Shown: piece by piece, positions 29,060 to 38,896 of the stretch
Numbering within the stretch: position 1 is the stretch's first letter
Layout: every line of letters begins with the position of its first letter
NCBI GenBank assembly: GCA_965205865.1
Contig: CBDBHR010000028.1
Location: 224,001 to 288,000, forward strand
Length of the DNA: 64,000 nt
Direction: 5' to 3'
Source: a bacterium
Lineage (GTDB): Bacteria; SAR324; NAC60-12
Translations under genes and position numbers: made by a program
Notes under the pieces: generated by a model
The model's database searches: none
What the model was told of the DNA's origin: nothing
What the model saw: the letters and a program-made list of their open reading frames with translations, nothing else

Positions 29060-32000
29060 CTCGACCACTCCGGCGCTTCAATTGGCTGTTCTGTCAACTC
29101 TTCTTTGAAGACTCGTGCCATCTCCAAAGCGTATGCCCGCGCTACATCCAGTTCGCCAACTTCGACCAAGAAATAGACAAGGAGAGACAATCCTATGACA
29201 ATGCCGTTTCGCTCGCTCTTGGTTGCGTATACGGGTTTTGCTGTGTTTCTGATGAACTCTCGCCACTGCTCGCGATAATGCTGAGCCACCTTCCGTATTC
29301 TGGCCTGCGCTTCGTCTCTGCTCGTAAACCATCGCTGCCATCCGGAACGCGAGACATGGGCGCGGATGAGCCAGGGAAGAGCCTTGGACCGGCCCTGCGC
29401 CTTGAGTGCGATGTCGAACGCCACATCCAGCGCATCATCAAAATCGAGATAATGCCTCGTCTCTGAGGTCGCAGATTCGAGATTGGTCAGCGCCTCTTCG
29501 ACATGCCCTGCTCTTTCCCAAAATCTCAGCCACTCGGTGACGAGTTTTCGCCGATAATAATAAGCGCGCGCTTCGCGTGTTGCGCTCAAGTAACCTCGCA
29601 AGCACCCGGGAGGAAACTCACTTGGATTGGGAACTGACACTTCTGCTTCCCCGGACTCAGAGTCATCGACAAAAGAGGTCGGGTTTCCAACTACCGTTAA
29701 TTCCTTCTGCTCGGGCGTCTCGTCGATAACCTTACCGGTTTTCCTCCTGATAGCTATCAGGGCCGCATTGGTCTGGGGCCGGGCCTTCGAACAAATATTC
29801 TCCACCGCGCGAGCTTCAGAAGGAACGATGTAAGTCTCCAGCAACGCTCGCCCTGTCCGCGACTCGACTTGGTCGGTTTCAACGAATGCAATTGCCAACG
29901 CTTCGGCATATCGCCATTGTTCGTCGCGGATAAGGTGCGCGTAGCAGGCCGGAACCCTTTTGGGAAAGTGTGCGGCGATCGCCTTGTAATATTCTTCACG
30001 GACATAGTTGGTTTCGTCTCCGTCTGTGTAATCGGTTATGGCTTCGAACTCGCCGGCAAGATCAAGCATGGCTTTTCGAGCGCCCGCATCGCCGTTTTTC
30101 ACCAAGAGATCCAGTGACTCGAGGACCTCGTCTGCAAACATGTCCTTGTGCCAATCGTAACCGAGCAGACACCCTACAGCTCGTCTCAGTTCCTTCTGAG
30201 CCAGAGGTGCGAGGCCGTTGTCGGAGGCGAATATTGCCAGTTTAGCAGCGGTCGTAGCTCGCTCGTTGAATCCAGTGATCTTGGTGTCGAGGTAGCATCC
30301 AATGCGCTCAACCAGTACCTGTGCCGCATCCTCTGAATGTAATGGCAAGCGCCGCTCAGTAAAGCCTTCAAGCCAGATTTCGTCCAGCCAAAACGGCGAT
30401 ACTGAAGCGGATTCAATGTCGCTCATGTCAATGCAAGCATTCGCGTCGAGACCTTTAGCGATAGTACAAAGGTCGACTGCGATATCTCGAAGCGCGAGAC
30501 GGACGGCTATGAGGTGGCGTTTCACTTCATGAGAACTCGATGTGGACTGTTGCAATTCGAAAACCCTGTAGATGTCCTGAAGGGTTGGCCATTTCCGCGA
30601 TTCTTTCCATCCTTCTGCGATGTTTTCTGCTAACCGTTCCAGCGCTCTCACGGCATCGCTCAGCCAAGTTTTCCGGGCGTGCTCTGGGATCTTCGACCAT
30701 CCTTGGGCTTTGCCTCCAGATAGTGCTGCAGCAAGCGCAACGAAGAATGCCTCGTACAAGACACCACGCATCTCTACTGCAAACATCGTGTCAGAGCCTT
30801 CACTTCCGACGAACAAGCGAGAGAGATCCTTTTTCGTCCGAGATCGTCTGGTGGCGCCACCTTCCTTGAGAAATGCGAGGCAACGGATTGCCGGATGTGA
30901 GAGTGCTTTGAGTTCGGGTTTCGCCGCTGGGTTAAGACCTTCGAAACACAGTGCCACGAACACATCGCGATCTAAATCGTGCCTGGACCATTGCTTGCCT
31001 ATCCCGAAAACGTTTTCGAAATTGCGAGCAAGAATAGATTCCTGAGTGTAGGCAGCGATCAGCGCTTCGGCATTCGCATCGCGCTTCGTACATGCCAAGA
31101 CACGCTGGGCGCTTTGCGATCCGTCGCTAGCGAGCACGGCGACAATGGCGTGAGCCAACTCGTGATACTCTGCGCTGCTCTCCGTCTCATTGTCATGGCG
31201 ACGCGCAATCCGCCGCTTCAACTCTGTGATGGCGTCCCGTGCTACGACCTCGCGGATTGATTCATCTGTGTTGCGTACGATGAAGGGCAGCAGGCCTTCA
31301 GGCGCGCGGTGGAGTTCTGTACGTAGGAGGACCCCTATGTAGGGATCAACAGACAGCGAAGCCGCGATCTCTTGAAAGAGTGGCCATTCATTCGTCTGGA
31401 AATCCGGCCCATTTACTGCACGCGTCTTGAGCAAACGAAGGGCGAGTAGTCGGGGAAGATCGAACGCGTCGAATGCAGCCTTCTCCGCATAGTCGAGTAT
31501 GGTGATTAGTTGCTCGATCGGATATCCGACGACAAGCGAATTGATCGCCCATTCACGGTTGGGTTCAACGAGAAGGTCTGATGGATCGTCGAGTTGCGCT
31601 TTGGTGATCCACAACCAAGCCCAATGCCAATACGCCGGAGCTCGTGTCTTTAACCAAGCGAGAACATCGGACGCATGCAGTTTGAAAATGGCTTCATGCT
31701 CTTGAAGGTCTCGCACGAAGGCAAACAAACTTCCGTGGAACGGCCGCACCTCCATTTCTCGATAGTCAAGCAGGTGATTGATCTCGTCGCGCGCGGTGAG
31801 ACTTTCGTTGCTGCGACCAAAGCATTCGCGCATTGCGAAGGGAGGAGGTCCAAACTCCAGACCTGCCAGGACATGCAAGATTATCTGAGCCTTCGCACTC
31901 ATCCTCTCCCAGATTGACCTGTAGTAGTCGCGAATATCGCCGGTGGGACAGGCAGGAAGTGCTACCACATCCTCCGCTGTCACTGCATTGCCAGCTATGA

Positions 32001-33453
32001 CAATCGCCTCGAATGTATAGATCAGATGGAGCGGCAAACCTTGCGAGATGTCGTGGAAAGCTCCCACTACCGCGTGGAGCACTTGGTAGCGCGTTTGCCA
32101 TCTGGTCAATTTCAGATTCAGTCTACCGGCCTTGTCTTGGAATTGCAGCCAGCGTTGCACGGCTGCCTGAGACATCAATGGAAGCTCGGTCCAGCGCTCG
32201 GTGGGAAGCGCGTTTAGAAGTCTCGCAGACAAATGTTTGTTGGCGATTTTCTGTGTCCCCACAACGAGTCTGACATTCGTCGGAAGTGGAAGAAGGTTCT
32301 CGAACAGCGCTTCCATGTCCTCGTGATCTCGATGATCACGCCATACATGATCCAGCCCGTCGACAACCACGATCAGTCGGAGACCATCATCCTGCAGATG
32401 GAGAGCCGCTGATTCGAGAAGTTCCACGAAGTTTTCACACGATCCTTTCAGAGCCGGAATTGACTCCTCAAGCTGATGTATAAATGATCGGGCTATTGCA
32501 TGGTAGTGGAAGCGGCTCTCTGAACGGTCATCGAGACTCAGAAAATAGTGATGGCGTATGCATACGGAATTCTTCCGGTCTATACGCGCAACACAGTGGC
32601 TGAGGTAAGTACTCTTGCCACGCCCAGGTGGGCCCCACAGCACCGTTATTCCGTCCGAACCGGTGATTTTTTCGAGAAAAGCTTTGTCAAAGTGTTCGTC
32701 GGGTACGCTGTATGTGGTTGGTACAAGGAAGTCTTGCGGTATCGGCCTCGGACGTTCGACGGAAAACGCCTGTCGAAGATGGATGTATTTGATTTTGCCG
32801 TCTGGGGCGGGTTGACTCTTTAACGTTGACCACCGTTGAACCTGTTGCTGGAACCGGGCCCATCCGCCACTGTCCGTATCGGAGGCGATCCTCGACCAAA
32901 GCTTCTTTTCAAGATCATCGAGTACCGGTTGCGTGTGAATGAATTCGAAGCATTCGAAAAAAGACTCCGCTGCTTCTTGAGATCCGAGTTGCTTTTCAAC
33001 TAAAACTTTGTCTTCCTTGGACAGCAGAGCATAGTTGACCTTCTTACCTTCTAGTGATTTCGCAAACGTGGAATCCGGGACGCGATCCGTCTTAAGAACC
33101 GCTCGAGAAAGGGTACCGGTCTCTTTGTGATGGAGAGTAGTCTTGGCCCATTTTTGTAGAAGGGACTTTTTGCGAGCATTGCCCTTGTCGGTGAGCCAAT
33201 TCCAACTCAAATAGTTGGCTGGAGCAACTGGATCGGCTGTAAATTTGACCTGGATCAACTCGTAGAGGCCCTCGGGTGTGCAGGCAACCACATCTTCAAT
33301 AGATCGGAACGCTTGGTCTTCAGCTTCGAGTTGAACCCATGCATAGAGATTCCGTTTTCTGTAAAAGTTGATCAATATCTCAATGGCGACGAGATCCTGA
33401 TACTGGAAGCCTGCCCTAATCAGACCGACCTTTTTATAACCGTGTCCTGCCAT
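29056..33453 (-). CDS. PD-(D/E)xK (Cap4-like) nuclease-STAND/NACHT ATPase with long helical C-terminus; Avs-like antiviral protein
   Basis: GFQYQD...EDVV...QVK; Walker A GPPGRGKST; Walker B IVVVDGLD; GLPL motif. Confidence 0.8.
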   Translation of the reverse strand: MAGHGYKKVGLIRAGFQYQDLVAIEILINFYRKRNLYAWVQLEAEDQAFRSIEDVVACTPEGLYELIQVKFTADPVAPANYLSWNWLTDKGNARKKSLLQKWAKTTLHHKETGTLSRAVLKTDRVPDSTFAKSLEGKKVNYALLSKEDKVLVEKQLGSQEAAESFFECFEFIHTQPVLDDLEKKLWSRIASDTDSGGWARFQQQVQRWSTLKSQPAPDGKIKYIHLRQAFSVERPRPIPQDFLVPTTYSVPDEHFDKAFLEKITGSDGITVLWGPPGRGKSTYLSHCVARIDRKNSVCIRHHYFLSLDDRSESRFHYHAIARSFIHQLEESIPALKGSCENFVELLESAALHLQDDGLRLIVVVDGLDHVWRDHRDHEDMEALFENLLPLPTNVRLVVGTQKIANKHLSARLLNALPTERWTELPLMSQAAVQRWLQFQDKAGRLNLKLTRWQTRYQVLHAVVGAFHDISQGLPLHLIYTFEAIVIAGNAVTAEDVVALPACPTGDIRDYYRSIWERMSAKAQIILHVLAGLEFGPPPFAMRECFGRSNESLTARDEINHLLDYREMEVRPFHGSLFAFVRDLQEHEAIFKLHASDVLAWLKTRAPAYWHWAWLWITKAQLDDPSDLLVEPNREWAINSLVVGYPIEQLITILDYAEKAAFDAFDLPRLLALRLLKTRAVNGPDFQTNEWPLFQEIAASLSVDPYIGVLLRTELHRAPEGLLPFIVRNTDESIREVVARDAITELKRRIARRHDNETESSAEYHELAHAIVAVLASDGSQSAQRVLACTKRDANAEALIAAYTQESILARNFENVFGIGKQWSRHDLDRDVFVALCFEGLNPAAKPELKALSHPAIRCLAFLKEGGATRRSRTKKDLSRLFVGSEGSDTMFAVEMRGVLYEAFFVALAAALSGGKAQGWSKIPEHARKTWLSDAVRALERLAENIAEGWKESRKWPTLQDIYRVFELQQSTSSSHEVKRHLIAVRLALRDIAVDLCTIAKGLDANACIDMSDIESASVSPFWLDEIWLEGFTERRLPLHSEDAAQVLVERIGCYLDTKITGFNERATTAAKLAIFASDNGLAPLAQKELRRAVGCLLGYDWHKDMFADEVLESLDLLVKNGDAGARKAMLDLAGEFEAITDYTDGDETNYVREEYYKAIAAHFPKRVPACYAHLIRDEQWRYAEALAIAFVETDQVESRTGRALLETYIVPSEARAVENICSKARPQTNAALIAIRRKTGKVIDETPEQKELTVVGNPTSFVDDSESGEAEVSVPNPSEFPPGCLRGYLSATREARAYYYRRKLVTEWLRFWERAGHVEEALTNLESATSETRHYLDFDDALDVAFDIALKAQGRSKALPWLIRAHVSRSGWQRWFTSRDEAQARIRKVAQHYREQWREFIRNTAKPVYATKSERNGIVIGLSLLVYFLVEVGELDVARAYALEMARVFKEELTEQPIEAPEWSR

Positions 33454-33609
33454 TGTTTTCTGCCTCATCCCCAAAGTTTGGTCCGACAGTGGAAAGATCG
33501 AGATCGGAGACGCGGATCTTGCATGTCATCAGCATTTACAGAAACATCTTTAACAGGTTGTTGAGTACGGCGCGCTTGCGGCGGTGTCGATATTGTGGTT
33601 GATGGCGTA

Positions 33610-34499
33610 AGAACCTGTTTGAAATAAGTTGAGCTTCCTATTGGAAGTGTTCCATGTCACATTCATTTTGAGAAAAATGAAACCTTAATAACAAGGAGTG
33701 AACATGGAACGTTCAGGTTATAACAGTGATGTCAGTGATAAACAATGGGAAAGACTTCAAGAGTACCTTCCCGAACTTTCAACTCGTGGAGCCCACCTTC
33801 GTAAATGGGAACCACGAGTTATCATAAACGCCATTTTGTATGTAGTGACCACGGGTTGTCAATGGAGAATGCTTCCCAAAGATTTTCCTCCTTGGCAAAG
33901 TGTTTATTACCACTACAATAAATGGTGCAAGAACAACACTTGGTTCCTGATTCACCAGTTTCTCCATCGGCAAACCCGAATAGAAATGGGCAGAGCTCCC
34001 GAACCCAGTGCTGCAATGATTGATAGTCAATCCGTCAAAACCACGGAACTGGCTGATAGTCGAGGTTTTGATGGAAATAAACGAATCAAAGGGCATAAAA
34101 GGCATGTAGCTGTCGATATCTCGGGAATTCCTCTCATGGTTAAAGTCACTGATGCCAATGCCTCCGATTCCAAAAGTGCTTACGATCTTTTGGAATCGAT
34201 GTTTAGCTGGTTCTTTTCGATTCAGATGATTTGGGCCGACGGAGGTTATCGAGGGGAATTAGCCCAATGGTTATGGAATCGATTTCAATGTGAACTCGAG
34301 ATCACTCTAAACCTCCAAGGAACGGGCTTTCAGGTCCTACCGAAAAGGTGGATCGTCGAAAGAACCTTTTCCTGGTTTGGATGGTATCGAAGACTCAACA
34401 TCGATTATGAAAGAAAAACAAAAAACTCTGAAAACAAGATCTATGTCGCTATGATTTGCTTGATGTTAAAGAGAATTAAATGACTTTCAAACAGGTTCT
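33610..34499 (+). mobile_element. IS5-family insertion sequence
   Basis: TIRs AGAACCTGTTTGAAA / TTTCAAACAGGTTCT flanked by TA on both sides. Confidence 0.92.
33698..34483 (+). CDS. IS5-family transposase
   Basis: GCQWRMLPKDFPPW, IDSQSVK, WADGGY, RWIVERTF. Confidence 0.95.
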   Translation: MNMERSGYNSDVSDKQWERLQEYLPELSTRGAHLRKWEPRVIINAILYVVTTGCQWRMLPKDFPPWQSVYYHYNKWCKNNTWFLIHQFLHRQTRIEMGRAPEPSAAMIDSQSVKTTELADSRGFDGNKRIKGHKRHVAVDISGIPLMVKVTDANASDSKSAYDLLESMFSWFFSIQMIWADGGYRGELAQWLWNRFQCELEITLNLQGTGFQVLPKRWIVERTFSWFGWYRRLNIDYERKTKNSENKIYVAMICLMLKRIK

Positions 34500-34501
34500 T
34501 A

Positions 34502-34816
34502 AAGAATCTTCTCCTTTATTCAAATCGTCTGCTAGATATTTTTCCATTTGATGAACAGCCTTCCCTACTAATTGCTTATGTCGCAACTATTTTTTAGGCT
34601 CAATATAATTTTGTTCTTTTTCTTCCATTTTTTCTTGTGTGATCTTGGCAAGATATAGAACAAATTGTGCTGCCATATCCGGATTTTCACATAGGCTTTT
34701 GAGAACGGTTAGTCGGGTAATGTTAAACCATTTACCTTCGTACAGTTCTTGAACTAAAGAGAAAGTTTTTGAATTTTCTTTGATATGGCTGAGGAAGTTT
34801 TTTTATTTGAAGGCAT
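34502..34816 (-). pseudogene. Degraded hypothetical gene truncated by IS5
   Basis: Reads ...ELYEGKWFNITRLTVLKSLCENPDMAAQFVLYLAK... with a frameshift and an internal stop. Confidence 0.5.
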
Positions 34817-34856
34817 GATAATAATTTTGCTATTGATTTGACAATGTACCAGGAGT

Positions 34857-34928
34857 CACAACAGCCGGGGTTGATAAGCGGACCTAGCGGAGCGGTCCGT
34901 TTATCAGAGTAATAATCGGATGGTGTGG
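34857..34928. repeat. Imperfect palindrome, possible degenerate attC site
   Basis: CACAAC...TGATAAGCGGACC-loop-GGTCCGTTTATCA...GGTGTG between two same-strand genes. Confidence 0.4.
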
Positions 34929-34952
34929 CAGAAATATGTTGAACAGCAATAT

Positions 34953-37661
34953 TTAAAACCCTGGAAGTTTGAACCTCATGGTCACTTCACCGCTGCCTCG
35001 GTCAATTTGGATCATTTTTTGATCCTCATCAACGGATTCCAGTTTCTTCCCTGTTGCCATTTCCATCAGGCCTCCTAAAAACTGCAACCCATTGTTTAAA
35101 ACACTTTCGACCTTTTCAACAGGCTGACTGGCAAAGATATTGGCCGGTTCCGGCTCACCGACGGCTTCCGGCTGTTCAGGAATCGTTTCTTCCGAAATCC
35201 CCACTGTTTCTGCCTCCGGGATGGCTGGTTCGGTTTCTGTCACCTCCTCCTGCAGGGCTTGAGGGTTGAGAAACCCCGGCGCATCTTCAGGGATTTCTTC
35301 GGAGGGCATCGATTCATAGGCGGGGGGCAGAGGTTCTTCTCCCATCATGGCCCGCAGCTGGTTCAGCATTTCCTGCTTCTTTTCTCGTGAAAACTCCACT
35401 TGATCGGCACCGCCTTCAAAAACGCCTTTGAATAAATCGGTTTTCAATTGGATGCCGGTCAGTATTTTTTCTTCAATACTGCCTTTGGAAATAAAATTGA
35501 CCACATTGATACATTTACTGGTTTGTCCGATCCGATTGACACGCCCAATCCGTTGATTCATTTTGGCCGGATTCCAGGGCAACTCAAAATTGATCACACA
35601 ATCTCCTGCCTGCAGATTCAATCCGGTTCCTCCGGCATCGGTTGACAGAAAGATCCGACACTCCGGATTATTGGTGAATTCATCAATCAAGGCCTGCCGT
35701 TTTTTGACAGGAACTTTGCCGGTCAGCTCCACAAAGGAAATGCCGACATTGGATAAATGTTTGGCAATCAAAAAGGTCATGGTGGTCCATTCACTGAAAA
35801 TCACCACTTTTCTATTATTCTGGAGGACCAGTTCCTCTAAAATCCCTTCCAACTCTTTTAGTTTTGGAGAAATGTTGGTTTTCCGATCAATCAGATAGGT
35901 GGAGTCACAAACCATCCTCATTTTGACCATCAATTCCTGAATGCGTCTCACATCCATAGGAGTGAGGAACTTTTTATTCAACAGGGGTAACAGTAATTGG
36001 AGGTAGCCACTGTGAATGTTTGCCTGTTCGTGGGTCAATTCCAAATAGTAATTATTGACCAACTCCTGGGGAAGATCCTTCAAAACCTCTTCTTTTTTTC
36101 TTCGAATCACCAAAGGTTTCAGTTTTTGCGCCAGTAACTCCAGGTTGCGATAGCCCAGGATTTTTCCTTTTTTATCTTTGCTGAGCATGAAATGCTCTGC
36201 AGTAAAAATCCAAAATGGACCCAGGAGATGCGGGTCTAAAAACTGGACGATGGAATAGACATCTTCCAGTTTATTTTCCAAAGGCGTCCCGGTCAGCACA
36301 AGAGCCTGTTTTCGGGGAATACCTTTGACTGCATCAGCGGTTTTGGTGTTAAAATTTTTGATGCGCTGGGCTTCATCCAGGATCACCAAATCCGGTTTAT
36401 AGATCGAAAGGATGGTCACATCTCTCAAAACCGCCTCATAATTGGTGATCTTAAAGAGGTGGCTGGTATTCATGTAGATGTCCTTCCGTTTCTGAGCAGA
36501 TCCCTCGATAATCATGGCTTTTTCATCAGAAAACTTTTCAATCTCTCGATTCCACTGTTCCTTCAAGGAGGCCAGGGTGACGACCAGGATTTTTTTGAAT
36601 CCGAAGATTTCTTTTTTTAAAATCCCCAGGGCAATGGCCTGCAGTGTTTTTCCCAGTCCCATCTCATCGCCAATAAGGACGGCTTTCTTAAAAACCCCAA
36701 ACCGGATCCCCTCTTCCTGATAAGGATAGAGTTTGGTCTTAATCATGTCGGTGGAGGGAAAACCATCCGCCTGAATTTCCTGAAGCTGCTGCTCTTCGAG
36801 AATATGGTCCAAATGTCCCAGAACCGGTTCCTGGATGCGCACCAGTTTATTGTCTCTCAATTGGGAGGTGTGGGGGAAAAAGCGAGAAAGGTCTTCAGGA
36901 ATGAACTGCCCCTGCTCATCAAAACACTCAGAGAGGCTTTCCCGCAATTCCAGGAAGGATGCTTCTTTTCTTTCACAAAAAAACCGGGGTTTACCGGAAA
37001 TGGAATCCCAGTAAATATCGAGAAAAGGAAACGCTTCTTTAGCCACTTGTTGCTCAAACTTTTTCTCCTTTTTAAGTTCTTCCACACAAAAGAAAAGGTG
37101 CTTACAGACCTCCAATTGGCTTGTCAAAAAATCAGGACAACTGCAATGGCCTGTTCCGGAGATCGGATCATGCAGCGTGATGCTGTATTGTTTTCCCCGT
37201 TCCGTTTCTACCAAATGTTCTCCTTTGAACGTATCTCCCTGGATCAGTTTTAAATTTTCGGAGACCGCCCGTTTTTTTCGATCTTCCATGACCTGTTTCT
37301 TGAGTTCTTCCCGTGAAAGCAACGGCTTCTCTGCTTCGATTGCTTCCTCGTCTTCCACTACTTCTACATCGGTCCATTCTTCCAATTTATCTTTCAGGTC
37401 CAACAACATCCCTACGGCATGTTTGCAGCCATTGCCGGGATAAGGACAATCACACCGGACTTCCCAGTCGTCCTGCTTAAAATTGATCAGAGTGGCATAA
37501 TCCCCGTAGTTTCCATCGACTTCATAAGCAAAATTCCCCATATCCGGATTAAAGGTGGTGCAATAATACGCCCCCGCTTCGTAGATATGGATTCCCCTTT
37601 GGAAGATAATGTCTGAATCCGCAATATTTTCATTGATATAATTAACCGATAAATCGTACAT
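34953..37661 (-). CDS. SNF2 helicase with two SWIM zinc fingers
   Basis: CDCP..CKH and CSCP..CKH; DEMGLGKT, DEAQ, LTGTP, STDAGGTGLNLQ, QRIGRVNR. Confidence 0.93.
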   Translation of the reverse strand: MYDLSVNYINENIADSDIIFQRGIHIYEAGAYYCTTFNPDMGNFAYEVDGNYGDYATLINFKQDDWEVRCDCPYPGNGCKHAVGMLLDLKDKLEEWTDVEVVEDEEAIEAEKPLLSREELKKQVMEDRKKRAVSENLKLIQGDTFKGEHLVETERGKQYSITLHDPISGTGHCSCPDFLTSQLEVCKHLFFCVEELKKEKKFEQQVAKEAFPFLDIYWDSISGKPRFFCERKEASFLELRESLSECFDEQGQFIPEDLSRFFPHTSQLRDNKLVRIQEPVLGHLDHILEEQQLQEIQADGFPSTDMIKTKLYPYQEEGIRFGVFKKAVLIGDEMGLGKTLQAIALGILKKEIFGFKKILVVTLASLKEQWNREIEKFSDEKAMIIEGSAQKRKDIYMNTSHLFKITNYEAVLRDVTILSIYKPDLVILDEAQRIKNFNTKTADAVKGIPRKQALVLTGTPLENKLEDVYSIVQFLDPHLLGPFWIFTAEHFMLSKDKKGKILGYRNLELLAQKLKPLVIRRKKEEVLKDLPQELVNNYYLELTHEQANIHSGYLQLLLPLLNKKFLTPMDVRRIQELMVKMRMVCDSTYLIDRKTNISPKLKELEGILEELVLQNNRKVVIFSEWTTMTFLIAKHLSNVGISFVELTGKVPVKKRQALIDEFTNNPECRIFLSTDAGGTGLNLQAGDCVINFELPWNPAKMNQRIGRVNRIGQTSKCINVVNFISKGSIEEKILTGIQLKTDLFKGVFEGGADQVEFSREKKQEMLNQLRAMMGEEPLPPAYESMPSEEIPEDAPGFLNPQALQEEVTETEPAIPEAETVGISEETIPEQPEAVGEPEPANIFASQPVEKVESVLNNGLQFLGGLMEMATGKKLESVDEDQKMIQIDRGSGEVTMRFKLPGF

Positions 37662-38158
37662 TTTTTTTCTCCATTATATGAGTGAATAGTGGCATTGTTC
37701 ATTAGAGCAGTATTATCAACAGATACCAATGACGTAAAGAAAAATTTGAAAAATTTCGATTTGAAGGGGTTGGATGGTTCAGGTGCCGGATAGATAACGA
37801 TAGTCGTGGCTGATTCGGTCTGGGAGGCACAGTCTCTTAGCAGTCATATTCTTCGCAAAATGGCAAGAGATCCAATGGTGTACATTTAATATTTAATTAA
37901 CGTAGATAAAAGTGTACTTCAAACTAAAGGGTTTCGCCAGGTGATTATATTTTATGGGAAGCGGTTTTGGTAGGACAGAGCGGCTTTGCGCAGTGCCGGA
38001 CTATTGACCAAAGCCAGAGAACGTCGCAGCGACATTTAATGCATTCAAACTCTTTTTGCAAAAAAGGGAAATCAGGGGTTGACATCATCATGCATTATAT
38101 ATTCCTGGAAGATTGTTTGGGGAAGAGTGGAAGTGGTATTTTGGACTTAAGTGCGCTT

Positions 38159-38290
38159 AGAACCTGTTTGAAAGTCATTTATTCTCTCCAGGAAAAGGTT
38201 CTTTCGACGATCCACCTTTTCGGTAGGACCTGAAAGCCCGTTCCTTGGAGGTTTAGAGTGATCTCAAGTTCACATTGAAATCGATTCCAT
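38159..38290 (-). mobile_element. Internally deleted right-end fragment of the same IS5, inverted
   Basis: Reverse complement of the IS right TIR joined to ~34273-34373 (RFQCELEITLNLQGTGFQVLPKRWIVERTFSW). Confidence 0.9.
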
Positions 38291-38850
38291 CTGCTAGATA
38301 CCCATACGGATGAAATGGCTGGAGTGACACAGTTCCTCTTAGACAATATGCCCAAAATGGATGACCGCGCGGCAAAATGGCTATCGGATGCAGTAGTACC
38401 GGGACCTTTCTTGACAAAGCCGCTAGATTGGTATGGCCCAAGCCAGCCAAGGACCGTTAAGCCCATACCTCGCTCAGAGTCTTCAATTAAGTTTGACGAG
38501 AAAAAAGAACGTGAGAACAATTACAAGAAATGGTCCGACAAATTTTCTGAGACGAAACCACATCGTTTTGTTGAAAAGCTGGGGAAGATACTGCACTCCA
38601 TTTTTCCCTCCACAAAAGTTCTCGCTCGCCTGGAACCGAACTGGCCGAATGGGAAAAGCATTGACTTTCTCATCCCATCCATAAAATAGCCTTCGCTTAT
38701 CAGCATTCAAATACACCTGATACCCGTATCTTGGAGGCTGTTAAATGGTGTGATGGAAACGGATACAGGCTTATCATGATTGACGGTCCCAACGCAGTAA
38801 CGGAAAGCTCTCTACGCTCGCGTCTCAGAGAAATGCTACTCGAACTATGA
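38291..38850 (+). pseudogene. 5'-truncated, frameshifted hypothetical gene, possibly with a degenerate restriction-endonuclease-like C-terminus
   Basis: ORF 38315-38689 continues in another frame (DFLIPS/KIAFAYQH...WCDGNGYRLIMI). Confidence 0.4.
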
Positions 38851-38896
38851 GCAGCTCTTTCAGGACTATCTGATTCCGCTAAAAGTGGGTCAAGCC

